Source: an uncultured Planctomycetia bacterium
GTDB taxonomy: Bacteria > Omnitrophota > Gorgyraeia > B26-G9
NCBI GenBank assembly: GCA_964437495.1
Contig: CAYTGV010000005.1
Location: 759-64,758 of the forward strand
DNA length: 64,000 bases
Direction: 5' to 3'
In this document: piece by piece, positions 52,962 through 62,954 of the stretch
How positions within the stretch are numbered: position 1 is the stretch's first letter
Layout: each line of letters opens with the position of its first letter
Position numbers and translations under genes: made by a program
The notes under the pieces: model-generated
The model's database searches: none
What the model was told of the DNA's origin: nothing
The model's input: the letters and a program-made list of their open reading frames with translations, nothing else

Positions 52962-54935
52962 TTATTCAACAGTAACGCTTTTTGCCAGGTTTCTCGGCTG
53001 ATCAACATCACAGCCTAAGCCCACGGCGATCTGATATGCAAGAAACTGAAGCGGCAGAGCAATAAGCAAAGGGGAGAAAAAATCGTCAATCTCAGGTATT
53101 TCAATAATATAATCTGAATATTCCCTCCTGCTTATCTCCTTATCGCCTTTTGTGGCAATAGAAAGAACAGTGCCTTTTCGTGCCTTTATTTCTCTGATAT
53201 TTGAAAGCATTTTTTCATACACTTCCGACTTTGTGGCTATACATACAACCAAAGGGAATTCATCAATAAGTGCTATCGGCCCATGTTTCATTTCACCAGC
53301 AGGATAACCTTCAGCGCTTATATATGTTATCTCTTTTAATTTTAGGGCTCCTTCCAAGGCACTGGGGTAATTCACATTACGCCCTAAATATAAAAACGGA
53401 AAATCCCCAAAACGCCGGCCATAAGTAGAATGCGAAAGTCTTGCCCATTTCTTAGCATATTCAAGCGCTTTTTTAGGATTTTTAAACTGTACGATATCGT
53501 CTTCGAGAAACTTAAACTGCTCCGCAAGACGGTAATGATAGCGATTTACATATTCAAAAGCAATCTTTTTTACTTTTTTTTGATTTTTTATAATATCTTG
53601 CATAAGAGCAGGTATTGTTTTCATTTTGTCTGTATAGCTAGAAAGCTGTTTATTAGTAATTGTTCCTTTGATCCCTGACAGATATAAGCCCAACAAATAA
53701 AAGGTCATCAGCTGTGCCGTATATGCCTTTGTCGAGGCAACGGAAATTTCCGGGCCTGCCAGCGTATATATAACCCCGTCTGATTCCCGGGCAATTGAAC
53801 TGCCTACAACATTACAAATCGAGAGTATCTTTGCTCCCTTGTCTTTTGCCGCACGCAAACTGGCTAATGTGTCCGCAGTCTCCCCGGATTGACTGACCGG
53901 GATAATCAGGGTTTTATTCTTAGTAATAATCTGCTGGCGATATCTGAACTCACTGGATGTATCAACATTAATAGGAACATGGAGCATTTTTTCTAAAATA
54001 TATTTACCGCATAGCCCGGCATGATAAGCCGTCCCGCAGGCAATTATCTGAATGTTTGTTATATTTTTCAGCTGACTACGGGATAGATTAATATTTTCAA
54101 AAGCAATGGCCTTTGACTTTATACGATTCCTTAGAATGCGCTCCATCACATGCGGCTGCTCTTCTATTTCTTTTAGCATAAAATGCGCGTATCCCGCTTT
54201 TTCAGCACTAGCAGCATTCCAGTTTATTCTAACCTTCTTTTTTTTGATCTCTTTGCACTTTTGATTAAATACTTTAACTTCGCTTTTACTTATCTTTGCA
54301 ATTTCATTATTATCCAAATATATGATATCTCGAGTATGTGATAGTATCGCCGGAACATCTGAAGCAATAAAATTTTCTCCTTTACCTAGGCCTACGATCA
54401 GAGGACTATCTTTACGGGCCGCAATAAGCACATCAGGTTCATGTAAAGAGATCACTCCCAACGCGAAGCTTCCCTTAAGATATCCTATTGTGCGGCAAAC
54501 AGCAGCCAGCAGATCTCCTTTATAAAGTTTTTCCACTAAATGCGCAATCACCTCTGTATCTGTTTGAGAGGAAAACTTGTGGCCTTCTGCTTTTAGTTTT
54601 ATCTTCAATTCATGATGGTTTTCAATAATGCCGTTATGGACCACAAGGAAATTTTTTGTATTCCCGTAATGCGGATGGGCATTTACCTCATTGGGCTCGC
54701 CATGAGTTGCCCAGCGGGTATGGCCAATACCAAGATGCCCTGCGACATGACGATCTATGAGGCAATCAGACAGGACCTTAAATTTTCCCGCCCTTTTAAG
54801 AAGATAAAGCCGCTTTCTTTTATCAATTATTGCAATCCCGGCTGAGTCATACCCTCTATATTCTAGAGAGCGAAGGCCTTTGATAAGTATTGTTGCTGAG
54901 TTTCTATTTCCGATATATCCTACAATCCCGCACAT
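52962..54935 (-). CDS. glmS: glutamine--fructose-6-phosphate aminotransferase (isomerizing)
   Basis: N-terminal MCGIVGYIG (Ntn Cys2), two SIS domains and a C-terminal ...AKSVTVE. It is 657 aa, about 45 aa longer than typical, with a Lys-rich insert. Confidence 0.95.
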   Translation of the reverse strand: MCGIVGYIGNRNSATILIKGLRSLEYRGYDSAGIAIIDKRKRLYLLKRAGKFKVLSDCLIDRHVAGHLGIGHTRWATHGEPNEVNAHPHYGNTKNFLVVHNGIIENHHELKIKLKAEGHKFSSQTDTEVIAHLVEKLYKGDLLAAVCRTIGYLKGSFALGVISLHEPDVLIAARKDSPLIVGLGKGENFIASDVPAILSHTRDIIYLDNNEIAKISKSEVKVFNQKCKEIKKKKVRINWNAASAEKAGYAHFMLKEIEEQPHVMERILRNRIKSKAIAFENINLSRSQLKNITNIQIIACGTAYHAGLCGKYILEKMLHVPINVDTSSEFRYRQQIITKNKTLIIPVSQSGETADTLASLRAAKDKGAKILSICNVVGSSIARESDGVIYTLAGPEISVASTKAYTAQLMTFYLLGLYLSGIKGTITNKQLSSYTDKMKTIPALMQDIIKNQKKVKKIAFEYVNRYHYRLAEQFKFLEDDIVQFKNPKKALEYAKKWARLSHSTYGRRFGDFPFLYLGRNVNYPSALEGALKLKEITYISAEGYPAGEMKHGPIALIDEFPLVVCIATKSEVYEKMLSNIREIKARKGTVLSIATKGDKEISRREYSDYIIEIPEIDDFFSPLLIALPLQFLAYQIAVGLGCDVDQPRNLAKSVTVE

Positions 54936-54992
54936 AAATGCTCCTTCGTCGCGTCACAAGCTACAAGTAATAATTCTTAAGTTAATTTTATT

Positions 54993-55021
54993 ATTCTAAT
55001 ATCCCCAAGTGGTGTGAACAA
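54993..55021 (-). promoter_or_regulatory. candidate sigma70 promoter for glmS
   Basis: Minus strand TTGTTC (55021-55016), a 17-nt spacer, TAGAAT (54998-54993); a ~50-nt leader with a GAAGGAG SD. Confidence 0.4.
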
Positions 55022-55095
55022 TCCAAGAACTGGGAATAACTGTTTTAGCGGATTAGGTACGCCGATTTTACAGGATGTGAAAAATAGGCGACCGT

Positions 55096-55155
55096 CCTCG
55101 CAGTTTTACATGGATGTAAAACGAGAATGAGCTAAAATAGTTTTCTCAGATCTTG
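55096..55155. promoter_or_regulatory. copy 3 of the conserved intergenic element, between the nagA stop and the glmS promoter
   Basis: cctcgcag TTTTACAT gg ATGTAAAA cgagaatgagctaaaatagttttctcagatcttg. Confidence 0.4.
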
Positions 55156-55194
55156 CTACTAAACTAAACCAAAAGCGTTAGTATATCCTAAAAC

Positions 55195-56256
55195 TCATAT
55201 TCTCTTATAAACTATGTTTCCGTTTACTATTGTCATCCTACATTTAAAATCTTTATCAAAAATAACAATATCGGCGTCATAACCTTTTGAAATTACTCCC
55301 TTTATGTTATCAACGCCGATGATTTTTGCCGGATTAAGACTAGCCATCCCAACCGCCTGAGTAATTGAAACTCCACACAAGTATACCATATTTTTCACAG
55401 CCTGCAACAAATTCAGCTTACTTCCTGCGATGGTAAAATTTTCCATACGGTAAACACCCTCGATTATCTCTAAAGACTTCGTATCCATAGCTGCCACAGA
55501 ATCGCTTACCAAAACGATCTTGTCAGCCAATTTGCATTTCACTAAAAGCCTAAGATTATCCGGATGCACATGATGCGTATCAGCAATAACCTCTGCGGAA
55601 ATTCGGTCATCAAGCAAAACCTGGGTAATAACGCCCGGATTCCTGGAAGAAATCCCACTCATGCGATTAAAAACATGCGTGGTATATAAACACCCTTGGT
55701 CTATTGCTTTTTTTGTCTGCTCAATGCTTGCATCTGTATGCCCGATTGCCGCAACAATTTTATTTTTCCTTAACATCTTTATTAAGGATATACTATTTTT
55801 AAGCTCAGGGGCTATTGTTATTATCCTGATCTTTCCAGGCGCTTTTTTAACCCATAACTTTACTGCCCGAATATCAGGATCTATAACAAACTGCTTAGGC
55901 TGCGCTCCAGCCATAACTTTGTTTATGAAAGGACCTTCAAGATGAACGCCCAGGCATTTTGAACCTTTTAGCAAAGGATCAGGTAAAACAGACAATGACT
56001 TTGAAAATTGATTCAGACTTCTTGTTTGAAGACTATTTAAAAAACCTGTCACCCCATATTTTGCCTGCATCATGGATATTTTATTTATATCACCATGTAT
56101 ATGAAGATCAATAAACCCCGGAGCCACATAGGCTGATGCAGCATTTATATACTCAGTGTTTCTTAAAATCGGTTTTACCCCTCTACCGATCTTTATTATC
56201 TTATTACCATTAATATTTATCCAAGAATTATTTACAATCTTATCCCCGCTTATCAA
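55195..56256 (-). CDS. nagA: N-acetylglucosamine-6-phosphate deacetylase
   Basis: Amidohydrolase metal ligands (FIDLHIHG, GVHLEGPFIN, IGHTDAS, HVFNRM). Confidence 0.85.
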   Translation of the reverse strand: MISGDKIVNNSWININGNKIIKIGRGVKPILRNTEYINAASAYVAPGFIDLHIHGDINKISMMQAKYGVTGFLNSLQTRSLNQFSKSLSVLPDPLLKGSKCLGVHLEGPFINKVMAGAQPKQFVIDPDIRAVKLWVKKAPGKIRIITIAPELKNSISLIKMLRKNKIVAAIGHTDASIEQTKKAIDQGCLYTTHVFNRMSGISSRNPGVITQVLLDDRISAEVIADTHHVHPDNLRLLVKCKLADKIVLVSDSVAAMDTKSLEIIEGVYRMENFTIAGSKLNLLQAVKNMVYLCGVSITQAVGMASLNPAKIIGVDNIKGVISKGYDADIVIFDKDFKCRMTIVNGNIVYKRI

Positions 56257-56315
56257 GCGAGAATTATGGATTAGTATTGATCTATGTTTTTGGCGAAGAT
56301 GGGTTTTGTTTATTT

Positions 56316-57893
56316 TTACCTGAATAATTTTTCCAGCCCTTTTTTAATTTGATTCTGAATTTCAGATTCTCCTGCGGAGCTATCTCCCCCCTTGTCCAAT
56401 AAACTCTTAATCCCTGTTTTTATTAGATCTTGTGTGGGAAAAATCATTTTGTATTTCAAATGCTCAAGCCTGTCATAAACCCTTACCTTAGGCAGCGGCA
56501 CGCTTGTTCCTGCTTCAATTGTTGCCAGGAAATCAACATATTGTTCTAGATCAATATACCCCTTACCAGATATGGTTGCCTCAGCAGCGCTCAGAATAAG
56601 ATCCTGAGTTTGTAATTTCCCATCACTAAGTGTAAAAGTTGCTGAGGCCTGCTCTATATTCATATCAGCAAGTTTAGCAATATTAAGAGAATTAGCCACT
56701 TTGGAAAAATTTGACGGCATTTTCACCTTACCGTTCATTAATTCAACTGATCCTTGTCCCTTTAGGCTATTTAAATCCACTGCCGGTCCAGAAATCTCAA
56801 CATGGGCCCGAACAGCACCTTGCCCCATATTCAGCCCTATTAAATCCTCTATGAGCATTTCTATTTCAATCCCCTGCAGATCTATTAAAGCTTTTACCGG
56901 CAAGTCTTTACTAAAAATTTCCGCTTCCGCCGTTCCTGTAATTTTCCCGCTGTAAAAATCACCATCTAGATCAGAAAGGTTAAGCTTTCCGTTTCGAAGC
57001 TTAATATCTGCTTTTAATCCTGTAACTTTTATTTTTTCTACTGCTACATTATTAAGCTCTATCTTTGCATCCGCAATCAAGTTATTTATCACAGCCATCG
57101 CACCTTTACACTCTGCAGTTATTTTACAATCTCCCGCAAGAGCCGGAAGCTGAACTCCAGAGAGCAAATCCGGGATATTTTCGAGCTTTATAAGTCCATC
57201 AAAAGTTAAAGCAATATTAGGCTTTTCAAAATCTGATACTGTCCCTTTTATGGAAAGATTTGTCTTCATATAATCAATATTAAACTTTCTGATATTTATG
57301 TCTTTTTTATCATAATCACCCTTAACAAAGATATTCAATATTTGAGCGCCTATAGTGGCAGTTATATTTTCGCTTGCAAAATCCCTTTGCGAACAAATAA
57401 TTCTGCCTTTTATATTTGTTATCTCTCCTGTTTCTTTAATACCCTTAACACTTATATCAGCAAGATCAACTACTGCAGAAAATTTCACATCATCTTTTCC
57501 TTTAATATTAATATCAATGTCTATTTTGCCACCACCCTGCGCCTCTAAATCAGCCTGCTTAAACACAAGACCCTTTATCACTAATTTTAATTTTGCTGAA
57601 AAAGCATTATTACTTATAGCCGGGATCGACTTTAGTCCAAGATCAATAGTACTAACCGATAAAAAAAGGCTATTATCCGGATTTAATATTTCCACATCAG
57701 AAAAAAGCACACCTTTGATAGGAAAATAAGCAGCCTTTCTCACCCGAACATTCTTTCCCAGATTCTCCTCCAAAAAGTTTATGACAATTGGTTTCAAATG
57801 CTTGGGAATATATATATAATTTAAGTAGATAAAAACACCGCCGAGTAAACTGATCAGTACAATTAAGCTAATAATCACGATTTTTTTCATCAC
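56316..57893 (-). CDS. asmA: AsmA family outer-membrane biogenesis protein
   Basis: An N-terminal TM anchor followed by a long repetitive beta-rich AsmA-like region; 525 aa. Confidence 0.7.
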   Translation of the reverse strand: MMKKIVIISLIVLISLLGGVFIYLNYIYIPKHLKPIVINFLEENLGKNVRVRKAAYFPIKGVLFSDVEILNPDNSLFLSVSTIDLGLKSIPAISNNAFSAKLKLVIKGLVFKQADLEAQGGGKIDIDINIKGKDDVKFSAVVDLADISVKGIKETGEITNIKGRIICSQRDFASENITATIGAQILNIFVKGDYDKKDINIRKFNIDYMKTNLSIKGTVSDFEKPNIALTFDGLIKLENIPDLLSGVQLPALAGDCKITAECKGAMAVINNLIADAKIELNNVAVEKIKVTGLKADIKLRNGKLNLSDLDGDFYSGKITGTAEAEIFSKDLPVKALIDLQGIEIEMLIEDLIGLNMGQGAVRAHVEISGPAVDLNSLKGQGSVELMNGKVKMPSNFSKVANSLNIAKLADMNIEQASATFTLSDGKLQTQDLILSAAEATISGKGYIDLEQYVDFLATIEAGTSVPLPKVRVYDRLEHLKYKMIFPTQDLIKTGIKSLLDKGGDSSAGESEIQNQIKKGLEKLFR

Positions 57894-58067
57894 CGTCTCC
57901 CTGGGATAATCCTCTTAAATAAGCTGGATTATATCTAATTACAACAATTATTGATTATCACAAATATTAATTTCTAAAAGTAGTTCGCTGTGGTCAAGTT
58001 TGTAATCTCTGAAATCAAGACATCCTACCATTTTTTTGCCATAGGATACCTTTAGTCATTTAGCTCT

Positions 58068-58991
58068 CTAATCGTTAGAGAAAGAAAACAATCCTTTCCA
58101 AAATTTCTTTTTTTGCTTATTTCTTATAACTTGAGCTATCTGTTCTCTTGCCTTATTCGCTGCTACTTCACCTGCTTTAATACACAAATTTGCCTTTGAA
58201 AAAGTTGCCCAGCTAATATTGCCCACTTCTGGATAAATTATTACATCCGCGCCCCTTAGTCTAATATTGCTCAAATGCCAGGCCCGTATAGCATCTCCTT
58301 GAAACATTATATCTAAGCCATTACCTAATTTCTTAGTATAATCTACATGGGCTTCAACCCCAACAGCAATAACAATATCCGCGCCCATAGCTCTTGCTGC
58401 ATCAACCGGCACGCTACCGATTATCCCCCCATCAACAAGTAAGCGTTTTCCGCGCTTAACAGGAGGGAAAACACCCGGCAATGATGATGAGGCCAAAACA
58501 GCCTCCTTGATGCTTCCTTTAGACAAGGTCACTTCATCTCCTGTACGTAAATCTACACATGTACAGCAAAAGGGTATTTTAATTTTTTTAAAATCAGTGT
58601 CTATATCAAGATTATCAAAGATCCAGGCAATATCTTTAACGCTAAAAACCCATCTTTTTATTGCCCTTACATTAACTAGCACCATCTGCTTGACAAAAGA
58701 AAATAAAGAGTTAATAATAAGCTTCTTCTCATCTGAAGGAGAATAACCGCTTATTAATTGCTCAATGGCCCTTACTTCCTTTCGCTCCAGCATACCCATC
58801 ATACGTCTTTCAATAGCATTGATATTCGGATTTAATGCATACTGTGCTCCGATCATTGCTCCCATGCTAGTGCCTGCGATCATGTCAATCTGCACACCCT
58901 GCGCTTGCAAAGCTCTTATTATTCCAATATGCGCTACGCCGCGCACTCCGCCTCCGCCTAAAGCTAGCGCTACTTTTACTTTCCTTGCCAT
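58068..58991 (-). CDS. patatin-like phospholipase
   Basis: Oxyanion GGGGVRG, serine-lipase GTSMG and a catalytic Asp in DGG. Confidence 0.8.
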   Translation of the reverse strand: MARKVKVALALGGGGVRGVAHIGIIRALQAQGVQIDMIAGTSMGAMIGAQYALNPNINAIERRMMGMLERKEVRAIEQLISGYSPSDEKKLIINSLFSFVKQMVLVNVRAIKRWVFSVKDIAWIFDNLDIDTDFKKIKIPFCCTCVDLRTGDEVTLSKGSIKEAVLASSSLPGVFPPVKRGKRLLVDGGIIGSVPVDAARAMGADIVIAVGVEAHVDYTKKLGNGLDIMFQGDAIRAWHLSNIRLRGADVIIYPEVGNISWATFSKANLCIKAGEVAANKAREQIAQVIRNKQKKKFWKGLFSFSND

Positions 58992-59073
58992 AAATTTCCT
59001 TTCTTTATCTAAAATAAGTTAAATATATTGTAAAACTATCAGAAGGATAAGTCAATAAGAGGTTTAGGTGAAT

Positions 59074-59337
59074 TCATAGCAAATCCGGCAATTCAATATT
59101 ACCGGCTATTAAAGCCAACTTCTTTGCCCTTGGCCACCCCTTGATTTGAGCCTCAGATTTCAAGGCATTTGATTTACTCTGGCATTGTTTACTAAATACA
59201 AGCTTTACGGGAAGATGCGCTCTGGTATACTTACTTGCCTTAGCCTGATTATGCAAATCCAACCTGCGATTTAAATCATTTGTAATCCCAGTGTATAAAC
59301 TGCCCCCTTTGCATTTTAATATATAAATATGCCACAT
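59074..59337 (-). CDS. GIY-YIG nuclease family protein (YhbQ/UPF0213-like, 87 aa)
   Basis: IYILKCKGGSLYTGITNDLNRRLDLHN contains the GIY...YIG-type motif plus the conserved Arg and Glu. Confidence 0.75.
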   Translation of the reverse strand: MWHIYILKCKGGSLYTGITNDLNRRLDLHNQAKASKYTRAHLPVKLVFSKQCQSKSNALKSEAQIKGWPRAKKLALIAGNIELPDLL

Positions 59338-59475
59338 GGAAACATTATAACATGAGAAAAAACTTTAAGGCAGATTAATTAGTTGTGGAGGGAATATGAA
59401 CCGTTGTTTCCGCCACAAAGTATGGCGTCCGCTAAAAACACTTGGTCTACACTACGCATCCCCAGGGGGTCGTTT

Positions 59476-59578
59476 CCTCCTTTGCCAAAGGCTACGTAGG
59501 ACAGCTTCGCTAAAAAACAGCTATGGTGGGCAAGCCGCACTTGAGCCGACCTGTCCTCCGTAGCTTTAGCAAAGGAGG
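59476..59578. repeat. ~100-bp palindromic element (29-nt inverted arms around a 35-nt loop)
   Basis: Left arm cctcctttgccaaaggctacgtaggacag (59476-59514) against right arm cctgtcctccgtagctttagcaaaggagg (59550-59578). Related to 33719-33756. Overlapped by the spurious track ORF 59379-59696. Confidence 0.45.
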
Positions 59579-59618
59579 ATAAGGGAGAAACAATCTTTCT
59601 TCCTATAACCCTTTTTTT

Positions 59619-59642
59619 GGGTTCAAATCCCCTGGGGACGCC
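59619..59642 (+). pseudogene. inverted partial copy of the tRNA-Glu 3' end (T-arm plus acceptor, 24 nt, no CCA)
   Basis: gggttcaaatcccctggggacgcc is the plus-strand sense version of the minus-strand tRNA-Glu 3' half (one base deleted). It faces the intact gene across a 42-nt spacer. Confidence 0.5.
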
Positions 59643-59645
59643 TAC

Positions 59646-59685
59646 AAAAAAATAGACCACTCTAAAAAGAGTGGCCTTATTTTTT
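59646..59685. terminator. bidirectional intrinsic terminator between the tRNA-Glu gene and its inverted fragment
   Basis: aaaaaaa tagaCCACTC taaaaa GAGTGG ccttattttttgg. Confidence 0.5.
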
Positions 59686-59762
59686 GGCGTCCCCAAGGGG
59701 ATTTGAACCCCTGTCGACAGATCGAAAATCTGTTGTCCTGGACCAGGCTAGACGATGGGGAC
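59685..59762 (-). tRNA. tRNA-Glu (TTC)
   Basis: GTCCCCATCGTCTAGCCTGGTCCAGGACAACAGATTTTCGATCTGTCGACAGGGGTTCAAATCCCCTTGGGGACGCCA; anticodon loop TTTTCGA. Confidence 0.9.
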
Positions 59763-59849
59763 ATAATAGTTTAAAGTTTTAAGCCTTTAAGGTCCAAAGT
59801 ACTATGTTGAATACTTTTTACTTTTAACTTTTTACTTTTAACTTAATAG

Positions 59850-59925
59850 TGGTGAGCCGCCTTGGTCTCGAACCAAGCACAACCGCCTTAAAAGGGCGGT
59901 GCTCTACCAGATGAGCTAGCGGCCC
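59850..59925 (-). tRNA. tRNA-Lys (TTT)
   Basis: GGGCCGCTAGCTCATCTGGTAGAGCACCGCCCTTTTAAGGCGGTTGTGCTTGGTTCGAGACCAAGGCGGCTCACCA; anticodon loop CTTTTAA. Confidence 0.9.
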
Positions 59926-59950
59926 ACTATATCTTAAAGGAAATCTAAAA

Positions 59951-60511
59951 CTAGACCTCCATTATGTCGTTTTCTTTTTTCTTTGAAAGAACTTCTAAAT
60001 CTTTAATGCATTTATCTGTAAGCTTTTGGATATCATCCTGAGCATTGAAACTTGCATCTTCTGTGATAGTACTGTTTTTTTCCGCCAACTTTATGTTTTC
60101 GTTTGCTTCACGACGCACAGCCCGTATCGCAACCCGTCCTTCTTCAGTAAGTCTGTGTACTACTTTAACAAGCTCCGCGCGTCTTTCCTTTGTTAATGGC
60201 GGAACGCTCAAGCGAATAACTTTTCCATCATTTGAAGGAGGAATACCCAGTTCAGATTTTTGAATAGCTTTTTCAATAGCACCTATACTTGATATATCCC
60301 AAGGCTGAATAACAATTAGTCTTGCCTCAGGAGTGGACATACCCGCAAGCTGCTTTAATGGTGTCGATGTACCGTAATAATCCACACGCAGCCCCTCAAC
60401 TAAACTGGTACTGGCTCTGCCTGTGCGAACAGTACTAAAATCACGTGCGCAAACCTCTATTGACTTTTTCATTTTATCTTCAGCTTGATTAATTATTTCA
60501 TTAACTGCCAT
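59951..60511 (-). CDS. frr: ribosome recycling factor
   Basis: Full-length RRF (MAVNEIINQAEDKMKKSIE..., 186 aa). Confidence 0.9.
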   Translation of the reverse strand: MAVNEIINQAEDKMKKSIEVCARDFSTVRTGRASTSLVEGLRVDYYGTSTPLKQLAGMSTPEARLIVIQPWDISSIGAIEKAIQKSELGIPPSNDGKVIRLSVPPLTKERRAELVKVVHRLTEEGRVAIRAVRREANENIKLAEKNSTITEDASFNAQDDIQKLTDKCIKDLEVLSKKKENDIMEV

Positions 60512-60554
60512 ACATGCCTCCTAAACGATTTTTTTCGCCAGGTTAAAGTCCGAT

Positions 60555-61304
<750 letters not shown>

Positions 61305-61330
61305 TTAAATTTATTCAGAATAAAAAAAGG

Positions 61331-61924
61331 TTACAAATCTTCGCCTAATTGATAACGGGCAAATCTGCGGATTTTGATATTCTCACCAATTTTCGCTATT
61401 ATAGAATTCAAGTAATCCTTTATCTTTATTTTATCGTCCTTAACATAAGGCTGCTCTAAAAGACAGACTTCTGAATAAAATTTATTTATTTTGCCTGCGA
61501 TCATCTTCTCTATCACATTTGCCGGTTTATTGCCTGCCTGAGCAATAATGATCTCTTTTTCCTTTTCTACCAATTCTGCGGGAACCTGCTCTGGCTCAAG
61601 AAACTCAGGATTAGCTGCCGCGATCTGCATGGCAACATCTTTAACAAACTGCTGGAATTGTTCGTTTTTAGCAACAAAATCAGTTTCACAGTTAACCTCA
61701 ACAAGTACGCCGATCTTCCCACCAAGATGTATATAAGACTCAATCAGCCCCTCTTTGGCAGCCTTGCCGGCTCTTTTTGCTGCTACAGCCAGACCTTTCT
61801 TACGCAGTTCTGCAATTGACTTTTCTATATCACCACCAGTTTCAATAAGTGCTTTTTTACAATCCATAAATCCGGCATTAGTTTTTTCTCTAAGTGATTT
61901 AATTTGATCAGCTGTTACACTCAT
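61331..61924 (-). CDS. tsf: elongation factor Ts (short form)
   Basis: ITADQIKSLREKTNAGFMDCKKAL UBA-like N-terminus; 197 aa. Confidence 0.9.
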   Translation of the reverse strand: MSVTADQIKSLREKTNAGFMDCKKALIETGGDIEKSIAELRKKGLAVAAKRAGKAAKEGLIESYIHLGGKIGVLVEVNCETDFVAKNEQFQQFVKDVAMQIAAANPEFLEPEQVPAELVEKEKEIIIAQAGNKPANVIEKMIAGKINKFYSEVCLLEQPYVKDDKIKIKDYLNSIIAKIGENIKIRRFARYQLGEDL

Positions 61925-61926
61925 TA

Positions 61927-62802
61927 CTATTCCTTCCCTTTTGCTTTCGACGTCTTTTTCTTTACTGAAGTTGTTTCCTTTTTCGCCTTTTCAGATTTCT
62001 TTTTTACAGTCTGCCCTTTACTGACATCCTTTGCTTCTTTAGCTACTTCTTTAGCTACTTCTTTAGCTACTTCTTTAGCTGCTTCTTTAGAAACAGAAGC
62101 TTCACTTTTTCTAGTCTTTACATAATTACTGTTGCCTTCAATAATCGCCTCAGCAATAGCAGCTGCCACAAGTCTAACTGATTTTATCGCATCATCGTTT
62201 CCCGGGATAACATAATCAATGACATCAGGATCCGAATTAGTATCAACTAATGCGACTATTGGTATCTTTAAGCGACGCGCTTCTTTTACCGCGGTTTCTT
62301 CTTTTTTAATATCTACAACAAAAAGAGCGCCGGGAAGTTTGTCCATATTTCTGATTCCACCTAAATTTTTCAGAAGTTTTAACATTTCCTTAGTATAAAT
62401 AGCAACTTCCTTTTTCTTCAGCTTATCAAAAGTCCCATCATCGCGCATAGTTTCAAGCTTCTCCAAGCGCTTAATGCTATTTCGAATAGTTCCAAAATTT
62501 GTCAAAGTTCCGCCCAACCAGCGTTGATCTACATAGAACATTTCACAACGGTTTGCCTCGTCAACAATTGCTTGTTGAGCCTGTTTCTTTGTACCGACAA
62601 AAAGAACATATTCACCACTAGACGCAATACCATTTAGAAAATCACAGCCAGCCTTAAGCTCCTTTTCTGTTTTTTCCAGATTGATAATATAAATACCATT
62701 CCGTTCGCCAAAAATATAACGAGCCATTTTAGGATTCCAACGCCTTGTCTGGTGCCCAAAATGCACCCCTGACTCCAATAACTGTTTGATTGAAACTGCC
62801 AA
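61927..62802 (-). CDS. rpsB: 30S ribosomal protein S2 with a Lys/Glu/Ala-rich C-terminal extension
   Basis: S2 core ([14 protein letters not shown]...), then a ~60-aa tail [45 protein letters not shown]; 2-nt gap to tsf. Confidence 0.9.
   Translation of the reverse strand: MAVSIKQLLESGVHFGHQTRRWNPKMARYIFGERNGIYIINLEKTEKELKAGCDFLNGIASSGEYVLFVGTKKQAQQAIVDEANRCEMFYVDQRWLGGTLTNFGTIRNSIKRLEKLETMRDDGTFDKLKKKEVAIYTKEMLKLLKNLGGIRNMDKLPGALFVVDIKKEETAVKEARRLKIPIVALVDTNSDPDVIDYVIPGNDDAIKSVRLVAAAIAEAIIEGNSNYVKTRKSEASVSKEAAKEVAKEVAKEVAKEAKDVSKGQTVKKKSEKAKKETTSVKKKTSKAKGKE
62041..62088. repeat. four tandem 12-bp repeats (AGCTACTTCTTT) inside the rpsB tail, encoding (KEVA)n
   Basis: agctacttcttt x3 plus agctgcttcttt, with a degenerate fifth unit upstream. 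Confidence 0.6.
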
Positions 62803-62954
62803 ATTAATCCTCCTTTTTAATATTCTATAAACAACTGGATATAAATCTTTTTTTTAAACGTTAAAATACTATATCATATTATTGTATTAATACAAGTTTT
62901 TTTTACATTTTCTCCGAAATGCCTAAATCTGTCCCTCTGGCAACCCCCCATATC

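Noticed and set aside
54936-55194. glmS ribozyme upstream of glmS
   Set aside because: I could not recognise the ribozyme core motifs. The only structured element there is the three-copy repeat, which also occurs at two non-glmS loci. A plain sigma70 promoter with a 50-nt leader explains the spacer.
59379-59696. 105-aa ORF from the track
   Set aside because: It runs through the 103-bp palindromic element, the inverted tRNA-Glu fragment and into the tRNA-Glu gene; no SD; the composition is driven by the hairpin arms.
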